Assembly: GCA_964410105.1 (NCBI GenBank)
Contig: CAYPFY010000012.1
Span: forward strand, 1 to 64,000
Reading direction: 5' to 3'
From: an uncultured Chlorobiaceae bacterium
GTDB lineage: Bacteria; Bacteroidota; Ignavibacteria; UBA10030; SZUA-254
Length of the DNA: 64,000 nt
In this document: positions 40,301-50,000 of the stretch, piece after piece
Layout: every line of letters starts with the position of its first letter
Numbering within the stretch: the stretch's first letter is position 1
Translations under genes and position numbers: made by a program
The notes under the pieces: generated by a model
What the model was told of the DNA's origin: nothing
The model's database searches: none
What the model saw: only the letters and a program-made list of their open reading frames with translations

Positions 40301-41318
40301 CCATTTCAGTAAATGGGCGATAGGGATTCCGCGGCCCCGCGTGCAAGTATTCGGAAAGGCCAGTTCGACTCTGGACTTGATACCGGTCATACGACGTGTA
40401 TACGAGATCGCGCCGGAAGGCGGAGACGATTTTCAAGCACGCCTTGCCTTGCGGTATGACCCATCCGAAGTTCCGCTGGGTACCCCAGAAGACTCATTGG
40501 TTTTATTTAGGGCAAATTCCGTTCATTCAACGCCTCTGGTTAGCGGGTGGAATTTGCTCTCTGTACCATTAGCCATCAACGATTATCGCACATCCTCTTT
40601 ATTCCCTGGGGCCTCATCCCATGCCTTCACGTACAATGGCCGTTATCAACCACAAGATACACTGCACAACGGCATTGGATTTTGGGTGAAATTCACCTCG
40701 CCCGAAACTGTTCTGTTTGTTGGGGAACAGATCTCTCGAGAAACTGTCAGTGTTAAGACAAACTGGAACATCATTGGGTCGATAACCGCGCCGGTAGCCG
40801 TATCGGCAATTGGGAGTGTTCCAGGCGGACTGATAAGTTCCAATTTTTTCAGCTACGATGGAAGCAATTATCAGATTGCAGATACAATTTCCCCGGGCAG
40901 AGGATACTGGGTTAAGGTGCACCAGAATGGCAGGCTGGTGTTATCCTCTTCAGGTGCAGTTCCGGCATCGAACCGGATAAAAATTGCTTACACGGCTGAC
41001 TATCCCCCTTCACCACCTGACGGAGAAGTACACGAAGTCTTGGCCGAACTCCCCAAAAGTTTTGGGTTGGCACAGAACTATCCAAATCCCTTCAACCCGT
41101 CTACCATCATAAAGTATCAATTGCCAATAAACAATTATGTGACCCTGAGGGTTTACAATGTCTCAGGACAGATCGTTGCCACGCTTGTCGATGGGATGCA
41201 GGAGGCGGGATATAAATCTGTGGAATTCCACGCCGGCGATTTGCCAAGCGGTGTCTACTTCTACCGCCTCGTGGCAGGGACATATCAAAACACGAAACGA
41301 TTGTTATTGATAAAATAG
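37332..41318 (+). CDS. T9SS cargo: Asp-box (BNR) beta-propeller repeat protein with Por C-terminal sorting domain
   Basis: At least 12 Asp-box repeats (TTDGGVTW, TTNAGNTW, TTDGGITW, TIDGGASW, TTNGGVTW, TTDSGTSW, TTSGGLAW, TTDAGVTW, TTDAGTTW, TTDGGATW, TTDGGMTW, TTDGGAHW) spaced ~40 aa apart; C-terminus QNYPNPFNPSTIIKYQL...YFYRLVAGTYQNTKRLLLIK; start may be MRWKL at 37395. Confidence 0.7.
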   Translation: MEERNSRSVREVARPKESVHSMRWKLHYLIRTSSSPRFRIDIVRQISLLLIFFLMMECFTPPQALGSKNQRGFPLTLGNVHGSLLKSGVLGKMPKKQPLSPHALGPSQIFGEPGTASWEWLNPLPQGNTLETVQMLDSNHIVAVGYGGVLVRSSNGGKSWEVTYHVNGSTHLAGLYFQDAYRGTAVGYPGMILRTTDGGVTWANQESGMNNILYGVSYADSNHGIAVGYPGIILRTTNAGNTWTSITSGTDAQLLAVSFVDTNHAIAVGRDFTPFWHDNILRTTDGGITWSTQAYGARGLFNVSFTDTLTGTAVGTDGVIIRTIDGGASWTGQSSLTTDWIWGVKMLNTDTGTAVGDNGTILRTTNGGVTWTPQSSGTYTYLQSVSFATPRIATISGGGGIILRTTDSGTSWFKQTIGPTEWLYSSAFLNPDTGFVVGDRGTILHTTSGGLAWDVQSSGTVSFLLGVSFSSSARGTAVGEVGTILHTTDAGVTWSGQTSGTSSDLYGISFAASDTGTTVGIGGTILHTTDAGTTWTPQTSGTSNDLMGVFFATADTGTAVGLGGTILNTTDGGATWTAQTSGTGEDLYAVQFINTHIGTVVGTNGTILRTTDGGMTWVPQTSGTTSVLQAVSFVDANTGIAGGYDGTTFLGTACVTTDGGAHWTNWPITSGVIPFGISMATFDVNSLIASHLARLANTSSGEVVYAVGPGGAIICSVISPLKGKTWTGAVDSSWNNGGNWAPAGVPTNIDSVVIPPAARHPVIFQNQPLAIVGSLTILASGQLTITDSVAQVTVITDVVIHGTLEVRPPALTNIVVGGNWIVGSGGPAQKYLRPAGATVSGGFIPAQSTVSFNGKGTFESAFYNVIVDTNSEMTVSNNVVVQHQMVVLNEVNLPLGDTTFIQDSDPGALSGSGRIRAGTILRSLKQGSISVYRFESANTSVQFDGNGTYPSAIAMTTHPDTAPADFSTHWAIVPSRVDTATKTVSADSLRHFSKWAIGIPRPRVQVFGKASSTLDLIPVIRRVYEIAPEGGDDFQARLALRYDPSEVPLGTPEDSLVLFRANSVHSTPLVSGWNLLSVPLAINDYRTSSLFPGASSHAFTYNGRYQPQDTLHNGIGFWVKFTSPETVLFVGEQISRETVSVKTNWNIIGSITAPVAVSAIGSVPGGLISSNFFSYDGSNYQIADTISPGRGYWVKVHQNGRLVLSSSGAVPASNRIKIAYTADYPPSPPDGEVHEVLAELPKSFGLAQNYPNPFNPSTIIKYQLPINNYVTLRVYNVSGQIVATLVDGMQEAGYKSVEFHAGDLPSGVYFYRLVAGTYQNTKRLLLIK

Positions 41319-41659
41319 TAGGGAAATGCCGAAACCCCGTCTGTGAAACTTGAGGTTTTCCGTCGACCCACCGACAGCCTCGACATTCAATTCCTCGACA
41401 GAGTCACCAACGTCTGCCCGCCTGATAGTTCTCGTGAATCAGTCCAGCTTCATTCATATCGTCGGAACGAATACTTCATTGCCGCTCCACGGGCCCGGAG
41501 CTATGACTTCGATAAATCGAAAACCGAGAACTCCGCCTCGTGGAGATTTCACATGTTCACGCGAACCCCGCGTCCGTGAACTTGCCATTGATGTGGAACG
41601 TTCTTATTTTTGACATTGCCTTCACATTCTCATTCCACAGAATTCACGATCGCGCCAGT

Positions 41660-44092
41660 ATGCGAAGAGGAAAAAACGGATTCGAAGTGCCTGCGGCAGA
41701 GCTCCGGTGGCGCTGTGATCCCAAAAAGCTTAAGATCAGGACGACAGACGATGTTCCGGGAAAGAAGGAGATCATAGGCCAGGCTCGTGCTCTGAGCGCA
41801 TTGAGACTCGGGCTGGAAATGAAACACCCGGGATACAACGTCTTTGTGACAGGTTTCTCAGGCACGGGGCGCATGACAACAATAAAGCGCCTGCTTGCAG
41901 AGTTTCAGAACATAGAGATCCCCCTCAACGACCGCTGCTACGTTCACAACTTTAAGAATAACGATCAACCCATACTGATTACGCTTCCCGCACGTCAGGG
42001 AAGCAAGTTTCGTGACGATATGGACGCTCTTGTTCAGGACCTGATCAAGGATATCCCAGCTGCTTTTGACAGGAAGAGATTCAAGGACGAGAGAAAGCGA
42101 CTGATGGAGTTATTCCAGGAGCGACAGCGCAGTGTGCTGAAGGACTTTGAAGGGAAGGTAAAAGAGCGAGGATTCGAAGTTATCCAGGTGCAAGTCGGAT
42201 CCGTGATGAGACCTGATATTACGCCCATCATTGATGGACAACCCGCCAGTTTCGAGCAGCTTGATCAGTTTGTGAAGGAAGGGAAAATCACCAAGGATCA
42301 GGTCGAGAAGATGGCGGGGGACCGTCAAATACTGGAAAACCAGATGGAGCTGGTGATGCGGGAGATGAGGAACATCGAGCGAAAGGCCAAAGACTCCGTA
42401 AATGAACTCTCCGAAAGGTTCATCTTACCGGTCGTCAAGGAAGCGATTGACGGGATTCGGGAAAAGTATGACCACGAAAAGGTGCATAAATATCTCGACG
42501 AAGTGCAGGAAAGCATCATGGGGGACTTAACTAGGTTTAGACCTCCAGACGACAGTCCCACTCCGATTCCGGGAATGCCCCCGATGGCCCAGCCAGAGGA
42601 GGATCTTTTCCTGGAATTTCAGGTGAACGTGGTCTTGGACAATTCCGACACCAAGGGGGTACCAATCATCATCGAGACGAATCCCCGCTACAAGAACATT
42701 TTTGGCACTATTGAGCGCGAAGTCGACAGGAACGGAGTATGGCGTACAGATTTTACGCTTATAAAACCTGGAACGCTCTTGAGAGCCGATGGCGGGTATC
42801 TTGTGATAAACGCCCTAGATGCGCTGATCGAACAGGGCGTATGGCAGACGCTGAAACGGACGTTACGGAATGGACTCCTCGAGATACAACCCATCGAAAC
42901 CGGCCTCTTTGGAGCGGCATCTGCCTTCAAGCCCGAGCCGATTGAGATCGACGTCAAGGTAGTCATGCTTGGTGATGCGTATATCTATTACCTCCTCTAC
43001 GAGCAGGATGATGATTTCAAGAAGATTTTCAAGGTACGGGCAGATTTTGACACCGAGATGCCAAAGGGGAAGCCTCAAATTGAGAAGTATGTTCACTTCA
43101 TAAAAATGATCTGTGAAGACGAACGGCTTAGCGCATTTGACAGTTCGGGAATTGCCGCCGTGGTCGAACACGGCGTGCGGCTGGCCGGTCATCAGGACAA
43201 ACTCTCGACGAGGTTCAACATCATCGCAGACCTTGTCCGCGAATCGAACTACTGGGCAACCAAAGAAGGGAGCAATCTCGTAACAGAAAAATTTGTTCTT
43301 CGGGCGCTAGAAGAGCGATTAGAGCGTGTCGGACTGGCCGAGACAAAGATTAAGGAAATGATTTCCAATCATAGCATTATGATCGATACAGAGGGCTCCG
43401 TCGTCGGTCAAGTCAATGGCCTTTCCGTCATCGACATGCGAGAGTACATGTTTGGGATACCCTCTCGGATCACGGCAAAGACGTCTATCGGCCGTGAGGG
43501 AATAATCAACGTCGAGCGAGAGGCGGGAATGAGCGGACCTGCGCACAGCAAGGGAGTATTTATCATCAGTGGTTATTTACGCGGAATGTACGCACGTGAG
43601 AAACCGCTTGCAATGACCGCCAGTTTGACCTTCGAGCAGAACTATGGCGGTGTGGATGGCGACAGTGCCTCATCGACCGAAATCTATGCCATTCTCTCAA
43701 GCATTTCGAACGTGCCCCTCCGCCAGGACATCGCTGTCACAGGGTCAGTAAATCAGAGGGGAGAGATCCAGCCGATTGGAGGAGTAAATCAGAAGATTGA
43801 GGGGTTTTTTGATATATGCAAGGTACCAAAATTGACCGGCACACAGGGAGTCATCATCCCTCACCAGAACAAGCGGGATCTCATGCTACGTCACGATGTC
43901 ATCGAGGCAGTCAGGGACGGAAAGTTTCACATTTGGGCGATCGAGACAGTCGACCAGGGGATTGAGATCCTCACCGGGCACCCAGCAGGAAAACGGGGAA
44001 GAGACGGAAGTTTCGAAAAGGGCTCGATTCATGAGCTCGTGGAGCAAACATTGAGTGGTTATGCAAGACATTGGAGGGAGCTGATAATTTGA
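41660..44092 (+). CDS. Lon-like protease (LonC-type: AAA_32-like domain plus S16 peptidase domain)
   Basis: N-terminus ELRWRCDP and GQARALSALRLG typical of Lon-related proteases; P-loop reads GFSGTGRMT (Arg where Walker-A Lys is expected); C-terminal S16 domain with GGVDGDSASSTEIYAILS (catalytic Ser) and GGVNQKIEGF (Lys); ORF listed from 41540. Confidence 0.7.
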   Translation: MRRGKNGFEVPAAELRWRCDPKKLKIRTTDDVPGKKEIIGQARALSALRLGLEMKHPGYNVFVTGFSGTGRMTTIKRLLAEFQNIEIPLNDRCYVHNFKNNDQPILITLPARQGSKFRDDMDALVQDLIKDIPAAFDRKRFKDERKRLMELFQERQRSVLKDFEGKVKERGFEVIQVQVGSVMRPDITPIIDGQPASFEQLDQFVKEGKITKDQVEKMAGDRQILENQMELVMREMRNIERKAKDSVNELSERFILPVVKEAIDGIREKYDHEKVHKYLDEVQESIMGDLTRFRPPDDSPTPIPGMPPMAQPEEDLFLEFQVNVVLDNSDTKGVPIIIETNPRYKNIFGTIEREVDRNGVWRTDFTLIKPGTLLRADGGYLVINALDALIEQGVWQTLKRTLRNGLLEIQPIETGLFGAASAFKPEPIEIDVKVVMLGDAYIYYLLYEQDDDFKKIFKVRADFDTEMPKGKPQIEKYVHFIKMICEDERLSAFDSSGIAAVVEHGVRLAGHQDKLSTRFNIIADLVRESNYWATKEGSNLVTEKFVLRALEERLERVGLAETKIKEMISNHSIMIDTEGSVVGQVNGLSVIDMREYMFGIPSRITAKTSIGREGIINVEREAGMSGPAHSKGVFIISGYLRGMYAREKPLAMTASLTFEQNYGGVDGDSASSTEIYAILSSISNVPLRQDIAVTGSVNQRGEIQPIGGVNQKIEGFFDICKVPKLTGTQGVIIPHQNKRDLMLRHDVIEAVRDGKFHIWAIETVDQGIEILTGHPAGKRGRDGSFEKGSIHELVEQTLSGYARHWRELII

Positions 44093-45240
44093 AAAAACGA
44101 AAGAAACTTCGCCGAAGCGCGTATTTTGCAGGGGTGACCGGGGGACTGACAGCGATGGCGGTGGCTCTCGCGTTCGCCTGGGGTGCGACCGGACACAGGA
44201 TCATTAACACGAACGCCGTAATGCACTTGCCGACCATAATAGGAAGACTAAAGGCAGACAGTCTGTTCTATGGGACACACGCAAGCGATGCGGACATCCG
44301 TCGGCGCAGCAGTGACACTTCATTTTATGGAGAGCCACCGAGACACTTCATCGATATCGATGACTACCCGGATTTTCACAATCTTCCTCGAAACCTGGAC
44401 ACGCTGATCGGACGCTATGGCTGGGACCGGGTGAAAAAGAACGGTATCAATCCCTGGGTAACCAAGTGGCTGGTGGATTCGCTGACCTTGCAGATCGCGC
44501 GCGGTGACTCGATGGTTAAGCAGACGATGAGCGATCTTGGACACTACGTAGGGGATGCTCACCAGCCGCTCCATTGCACCGCAAACTACGATGGTCAGTT
44601 TACCAATAATCGGGGCATTCACTCGCGATACGAGAGCTCAATGATTAATGCGTATCAAGACCAGATCACAATCCACCCTGACTCCGTCCATTTCATCAGT
44701 ACGCCTCTGGATTACGCTTTCGACTACATCTATCGCTCCAACAGCTATGTCGATTCGGTCATGGCAGCGGATAATGCGGCAAAACAAGCCTCAGGGTGGA
44801 CTGGGTCCGGGACGCCCCCCGCGAGCTACTACAGTGTGTTATGGGAGAGGACCGGCACCTTCACCATTGACCTCATCCAAAGTGCGACGGTAGACCTCGC
44901 AAGCCTCTGGTATACGGCCTATGTCAATGCCATGGGACTGAATCAAGTAGATGGCTCTGGTATGCGAGGACTCCCCGAAAAATTCGAACTGGATCAAAAC
45001 TATCCAAACCCCTTCAATCCATCCACGGAAATTCGATTCCGTCTCCGGAAATCGGGCAACGTCATTGCCACCGTATATGACTTGCAGGGAAGAGAGGTTT
45101 CCTCCCTGGTCAATGGCCGGTTTGAGGCTGGCCTCCACGAAATTCCATGGACACCGTCGGGAATTGCGGGTGGAGCGTATATACTAAAGATGGAGGCGGG
45201 GGGCTCGGTTCAAGTCAGGAAATTGTTGCTCATCAAGTAG
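44071..45240 (+). CDS. T9SS cargo: S1/P1-family zinc nuclease with Por C-terminal sorting domain
   Basis: Sec signal ending AFA then mature N-terminus WGATGHRIIN (N-terminal Trp zinc ligand of S1/P1 nucleases), HYVGDAHQPLHC motif; C-terminus KFELDQNYPNPFNPSTEIRF...YILKMEAGGSVQVRKLLLIK; overlaps the Lon-like gene by 22 nt. Confidence 0.6.
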   Translation: MEGADNLKKRKKLRRSAYFAGVTGGLTAMAVALAFAWGATGHRIINTNAVMHLPTIIGRLKADSLFYGTHASDADIRRRSSDTSFYGEPPRHFIDIDDYPDFHNLPRNLDTLIGRYGWDRVKKNGINPWVTKWLVDSLTLQIARGDSMVKQTMSDLGHYVGDAHQPLHCTANYDGQFTNNRGIHSRYESSMINAYQDQITIHPDSVHFISTPLDYAFDYIYRSNSYVDSVMAADNAAKQASGWTGSGTPPASYYSVLWERTGTFTIDLIQSATVDLASLWYTAYVNAMGLNQVDGSGMRGLPEKFELDQNYPNPFNPSTEIRFRLRKSGNVIATVYDLQGREVSSLVNGRFEAGLHEIPWTPSGIAGGAYILKMEAGGSVQVRKLLLIK

Positions 45241-45408
45241 CGGCCTTGGACATTCTTGCCGTTTTCTGCACTGGGTGCAAGCAAGAGCCCTTGTCTCTTG
45301 AGACAGCGAAACACACGAAGTTCAGTTCAGGGAATTCTCTCTGAAAACGCGACGGCTGGACCATCGTGATACTTCCTTCAGCGCGGGATGCTTGAAGCGG
45401 ACGGATTC

Positions 45409-45972
45409 ATGATCCTTACGGACAACCAGATTCTTGCGGAAATAAAACGGGGAACGATCGTCATAAAGCCGTTTCGGCGCATCTATCTCGGTACCAATTC
45501 CTACGATGTCCACCTTGGACGTTGGCTCGCTGTATACTGCGACGAAATCCTTGATGCACGACTGCACAACCGGGTAACGCATTTTCAGATACCGGTCGAA
45601 GGCATCACGCTTGTCCCGAGCAAACTTTATCTTGGCGTAACACAGGAATACACCGAAACGCATCGGCATGTCCCCTTCCTCGAAGGAAAGAGTAGCATCG
45701 GCCGGCTGGGAATTGACATCCACGCGACTGCAGGGAAGGGCGACATCGGGTTTTGCAACACGTGGACGCTCGAAGTCTCGGTTCGGCAGCCGGTTCGCGT
45801 CTACCGGGGGATGCCGATCGGGCAACTGATCTATTTTGACGTTCATGGTGAGATTGGAACCCCCTACAACAAGAAAAGAAGCGCGAAATACCGGAAGCGC
45901 ACGGTGAAGCCAGTAGAATCAATGATGTGGAAGAACTTCAAATCGTCGACCCGAAACAAGCAGCGCGGTTGA
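45409..45972 (+). CDS. dcd: dCTP deaminase
   Basis: MILTDNQILAEIKRG ... GTNSYDVHLG typical Dcd/dUTPase-fold N-terminus; ORF listed from 45388. Confidence 0.85.
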   Translation: MILTDNQILAEIKRGTIVIKPFRRIYLGTNSYDVHLGRWLAVYCDEILDARLHNRVTHFQIPVEGITLVPSKLYLGVTQEYTETHRHVPFLEGKSSIGRLGIDIHATAGKGDIGFCNTWTLEVSVRQPVRVYRGMPIGQLIYFDVHGEIGTPYNKKRSAKYRKRTVKPVESMMWKNFKSSTRNKQRG

Positions 45973-46087
45973 CGATGAAGGACAGGGCGTTCGTTATATC
46001 GGGTGTGATGGATAGAGCGGGATGGGCCATTTGTCTCAGACCCCTTCGGCCGCTGCCACATCAGTCAATAGTCTCAAACGGACAGGT

Positions 46088-46912
46088 ATGAATTTCGTAG
46101 AAAAACTTCGCAGGATACAACGCAAGAACAATTCCCTCCTTTGCATCGGTCTTGATACTGACCCTGCGGCCGTCCCAGAATCGCTTTACCGGTGGGGAGA
46201 CCCCCAATACGAATTTAACCGGAGGATCATCGATGCGACAAAGGACCTTGTGTGTGCCTACAAGCTCAACATTGCTTTTTATGAGAGCGTCGGGGAGCAT
46301 GGCTGGTACACGGTCCACCAAACGCTTGCACGTATCCCGGAGGAAATAGTCACCATCGGGGATGGAAAGCGAGGCGACATCTCAAATTCAGCCCAGCGGC
46401 AGGCTCACTTGCTTTGCGAAGACTGGGAATTCTCCGCTACAACGGTCAACCCCTACATGGGGAGCGACTCGGTCATGCCGTTCCTTCGTCGCGCTGATCA
46501 GTGCGCCTTCATTCTTACAATAACGTCGAACAGGGGGTCGAAAGATTTTCAGCGTCTTACGATAAAGGGGCGTCCGCTGTTTGAACACGTTGTCGTGGCT
46601 GCTCAGCGATGGAACGCGAAGAAAAATGTTGGGCTGGTTGTCGGGGCAACAGCACCCGCCGAATTGAAGCGGGTGCGCTCGATGGCTCCGACAATGCCAA
46701 TTCTCATCCCGGGAATTGGGAAACAAAGAGGAAACCTTCAGTCGGCCGTGTGGAATGGTTGTGACAGTCAGGGTGAGCTCGCGATCATCAACGTCGGGCG
46801 GGGCATCATCTATGCTTCTCGCGATGATGATTTCGCAGAGCGGGCTCGCGAGGCAGCGATAGATTTCCGAGCTCGAATTAATCGCTATCGGGAGCGCTTC
46901 TTCACTCGCTGA
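46088..46912 (+). CDS. pyrF: Orotidine 5'-phosphate decarboxylase (type 2, long form)
   Basis: LLCIGLDTDPAAVP ... KLNIAFYE ... GDGKRGDI motifs; ORF listed from 46022, likely start MNFVEKL. Confidence 0.85.
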   Translation: MNFVEKLRRIQRKNNSLLCIGLDTDPAAVPESLYRWGDPQYEFNRRIIDATKDLVCAYKLNIAFYESVGEHGWYTVHQTLARIPEEIVTIGDGKRGDISNSAQRQAHLLCEDWEFSATTVNPYMGSDSVMPFLRRADQCAFILTITSNRGSKDFQRLTIKGRPLFEHVVVAAQRWNAKKNVGLVVGATAPAELKRVRSMAPTMPILIPGIGKQRGNLQSAVWNGCDSQGELAIINVGRGIIYASRDDDFAERAREAAIDFRARINRYRERFFTR

Positions 46913-47062
46913 TTCTAGTCACGACTGGGAGAGATTCGCCTTCTGCTTAAGGACCAATGACCTTGTCAGGAGGTCGAGTCCACCCTGTGTCAGCTGGGCA
47001 TCGGCAATAAGCACACAACAGGTCCTGATCCAATTCCGCGTGCCACGCTGCCTGTCCGCCCT

Positions 47063-50000
47063 TCAATGGGTCTTTTCCTCTCGGCTGAGCTGCTCGAAAT
47101 ATTTCCTAATGAGCTCCTCATAATCTCGTGAGTATTTTCCTTCCTTCACTTTAAGCAGCTCTTCACGCAGCCTGTCCCTCCCTTCCTGTGTCATCAAGTC
47201 TAATTCCGCCGGGCTTGAATGCTGAATCGCCTTCCCGATTTCAGCGATGCGCCGTTTTTCATAATCGCGTTCCCTCATCGAACGTTGGGAGTCTAGAAGG
47301 CGAGAAAGGATCCGATCCTGTTCCTTTAAAGTATTCGGGTTGACGTTTCCTTGTTGGAGGTCAGATACGACCTCCTGCATCTCCTGAGCGATGTGCGTGA
47401 GGTCACCAAGAAGTTTGCTGAAATCCGAACTATTTTTGGCTTCCTCCGACAGCTGCTTCAGGGATTTTTGTGCGGCGGCCTGCTCGCCTGCGAGCCTTTG
47501 ATACTCGGCCTGTTGTTGTGGCGTCATCATCTGCCCTTGTCCCTGACCCATCCCCATAGCTTGTTCCGTACCGGTATTGATCCTGCCCTGCTGGCTTGCC
47601 ATCTGACCGAGGCGGCCCATCAATCCTGCCATCCCCATGCCACCCTGGCCCCCCTCCATCATTCCGTTCAGTGCATCTCTCAGCAACATCGCTGTGCGGT
47701 TGAGGGAGGACATGGCCTGCATTTGCTTCGAGGAGGATCCATTGGGGTTTCTGTTTTCCATATTCTGTAACGCCTCCGACATCTCGCGCATGGCATTTCC
47801 GATTTCCCGGCCCATCTCGGGCGATACGGCAAACGATTTCTTGCCCAGCTCACCGAGCGAATTAGCTACATTCCCTACATCGTTTAAGAGATTACTCTGT
47901 TGATCGGCAGTCTTGGGAAATCGCTGGGAGTTCGGCTCAAGATTCTTTGTGACGTCCGAGAGCGCTTCCTGTCTCTCCGACAGCTCGATCAAGTCCTCGA
48001 TCTGTTTCCGCATTTGGTTTATGATTTGTGCCGTCTGCCGTTCCTGCAGCGATTTTTGCACTTGCTTCAATTGTTCCCCAAACTCAGCCAGGCCTTCTTG
48101 GATTTCCTGCTGTTCCTCTAGCGCTTTCTGCGTGTTCCCCGATTCCATTTGCTGAGCTGATCTCGACATTTTCGATTTCATTTCCTTGTTAACAAGACCG
48201 GAGTCAGCCTTATTCATTGCCTCAGTCGGCATCTCCTGGGGAAATTCCTCCATTTGCTTCTTCAATTCCGACGTCTCTCGTTGAAGGGACTCCAGTGGGC
48301 CGAGCAGACCCTTCTGTTTCATCGCGAGCTCATTTCGTTTTCTCTCGTCACCAGGATCTATTCTTGAAGCATCCTGTTTCACGCCGGCCTGCTGCTGTCT
48401 TAAGTCATCGGCCCGTTTGACTAGTTCATCCAATTTCTGCTCGATATGTATTCGTTTTAGAAGCTGGATTGTCCTTTCCAGGGCGCTCCGAAACTGTTCT
48501 TGGGACAGCGTGAGTTGTTCCATTGCGCGCCTGAGTTCTTCGGGGGAAAGATTCTTCATCGACTCCTGCAACTTCCTGAGCGCTTCCTGGAGGTCGGGCG
48601 ATTTGAGCTTTTCAATAAGTTCCTTTAGTTCTTCAAATTTCTGCTGGGTTTCCTTTGAGAGCACCGCATTATCGTGCATCTTCTTGACTGCTTCCTGGAG
48701 GTTTTGGGAAGCTTCATTGAGTTTATCCTTCATCGCTTCATATCGCTGGATCATGGCTTCGGCCTTCTGTTGCTGTTGCCAATCCATTCTGTTACGGCCA
48801 CCCTTCATCTCACGTTGAATACTCTCGATATCCTTCCTAAGCTCCTCCGTTTCTTTAGCAACATCCTGAATGGACTCCACGGAGCGATCGTGCTTCTCGG
48901 TGATATCCGCGAATACTTCTTCGAGAGAAGGGACGCGTAACAGGTACGTTTCACTGCGACTCGATTTAGGTCCGCTCACGACATCATTATCATACACTTC
49001 GGCGCAGTAAGAAACGGCATCATCAGGAACGAGGTTCAACTTAGAAGGGTCCCAGCGGAAGGCGACCTCAGCCGGTGATTGATCCTTTTTCATCAGGGGA
49101 ACGTCAAGAAAGGAAAACGCCTCGGAAGGCTTCTCATACTTCGACTGCGTTAAGCGATATGCCAGCCGAAGGCGTGAAAATCCGAAATCATCTCTTATTC
49201 GGATCACTAAATCCATTCTCATATCTCCAGTGAGATCCACGTTCCTGGCCGGAGAAAGAATCTCGGCTATCGGATACTCATCGGGAATAATCTTGATCGA
49301 ATAGTCGACAGGATCAAGATTTACGAGACCGGATTCATCCGCAAGAAGTAGGTGGTACGTCGTGTTCTTCTGCACGCTAAAGGTGATCCCCGCGTGAGTG
49401 CCTCGCGCGGTAAGCGGGAGCTTCGTGCTGTCACCAAATTGTAGGCTGGCTGAGACGAGATCCTTGCTTGAGATCACCTGCAATACAACCCGCGAGCCCC
49501 GGTAGGCTACGATGTCACCGATGTTTTCATCCAGAGTCTTCGGGGGGATGCGAGTATAGGCAGGGGAAATGACTTTGATTTGCAGAGATCGGAGAAGGGG
49601 TCGGTCGAGGACAGTCACATTGAAGAGAGTGCTCTTCCGATCTGCGGACGCGACAAGGTACTCGGTGCTGGTCCTGATGTTATCGAGACTGGCGCGGAAC
49701 AACCCATCACCGCCGGGGCTGACATTTTGTGATTCGAAGTTATCTTCTCCGGTAGCACGGCTGAGTAGAGTAAGAGTATGAACCCGATTGCCCCTCGTTC
49801 GCACTGTAACGTGGACACTCTGTCCGCGGACTATTTTTATATTTCCTGGCTCGACGTCGAATTCAGTCGCTGGAGCAGCACCGAAAGATTGGCCGTAATT
49901 GGCAATCCGGTATACGGAATTGATAAAGCTCGAGGGAGAGACGGCAAAAATGCAAACTGCCAAAGCAAGGAGATAAAGAACCTTCTTCCGGATCCATCGC

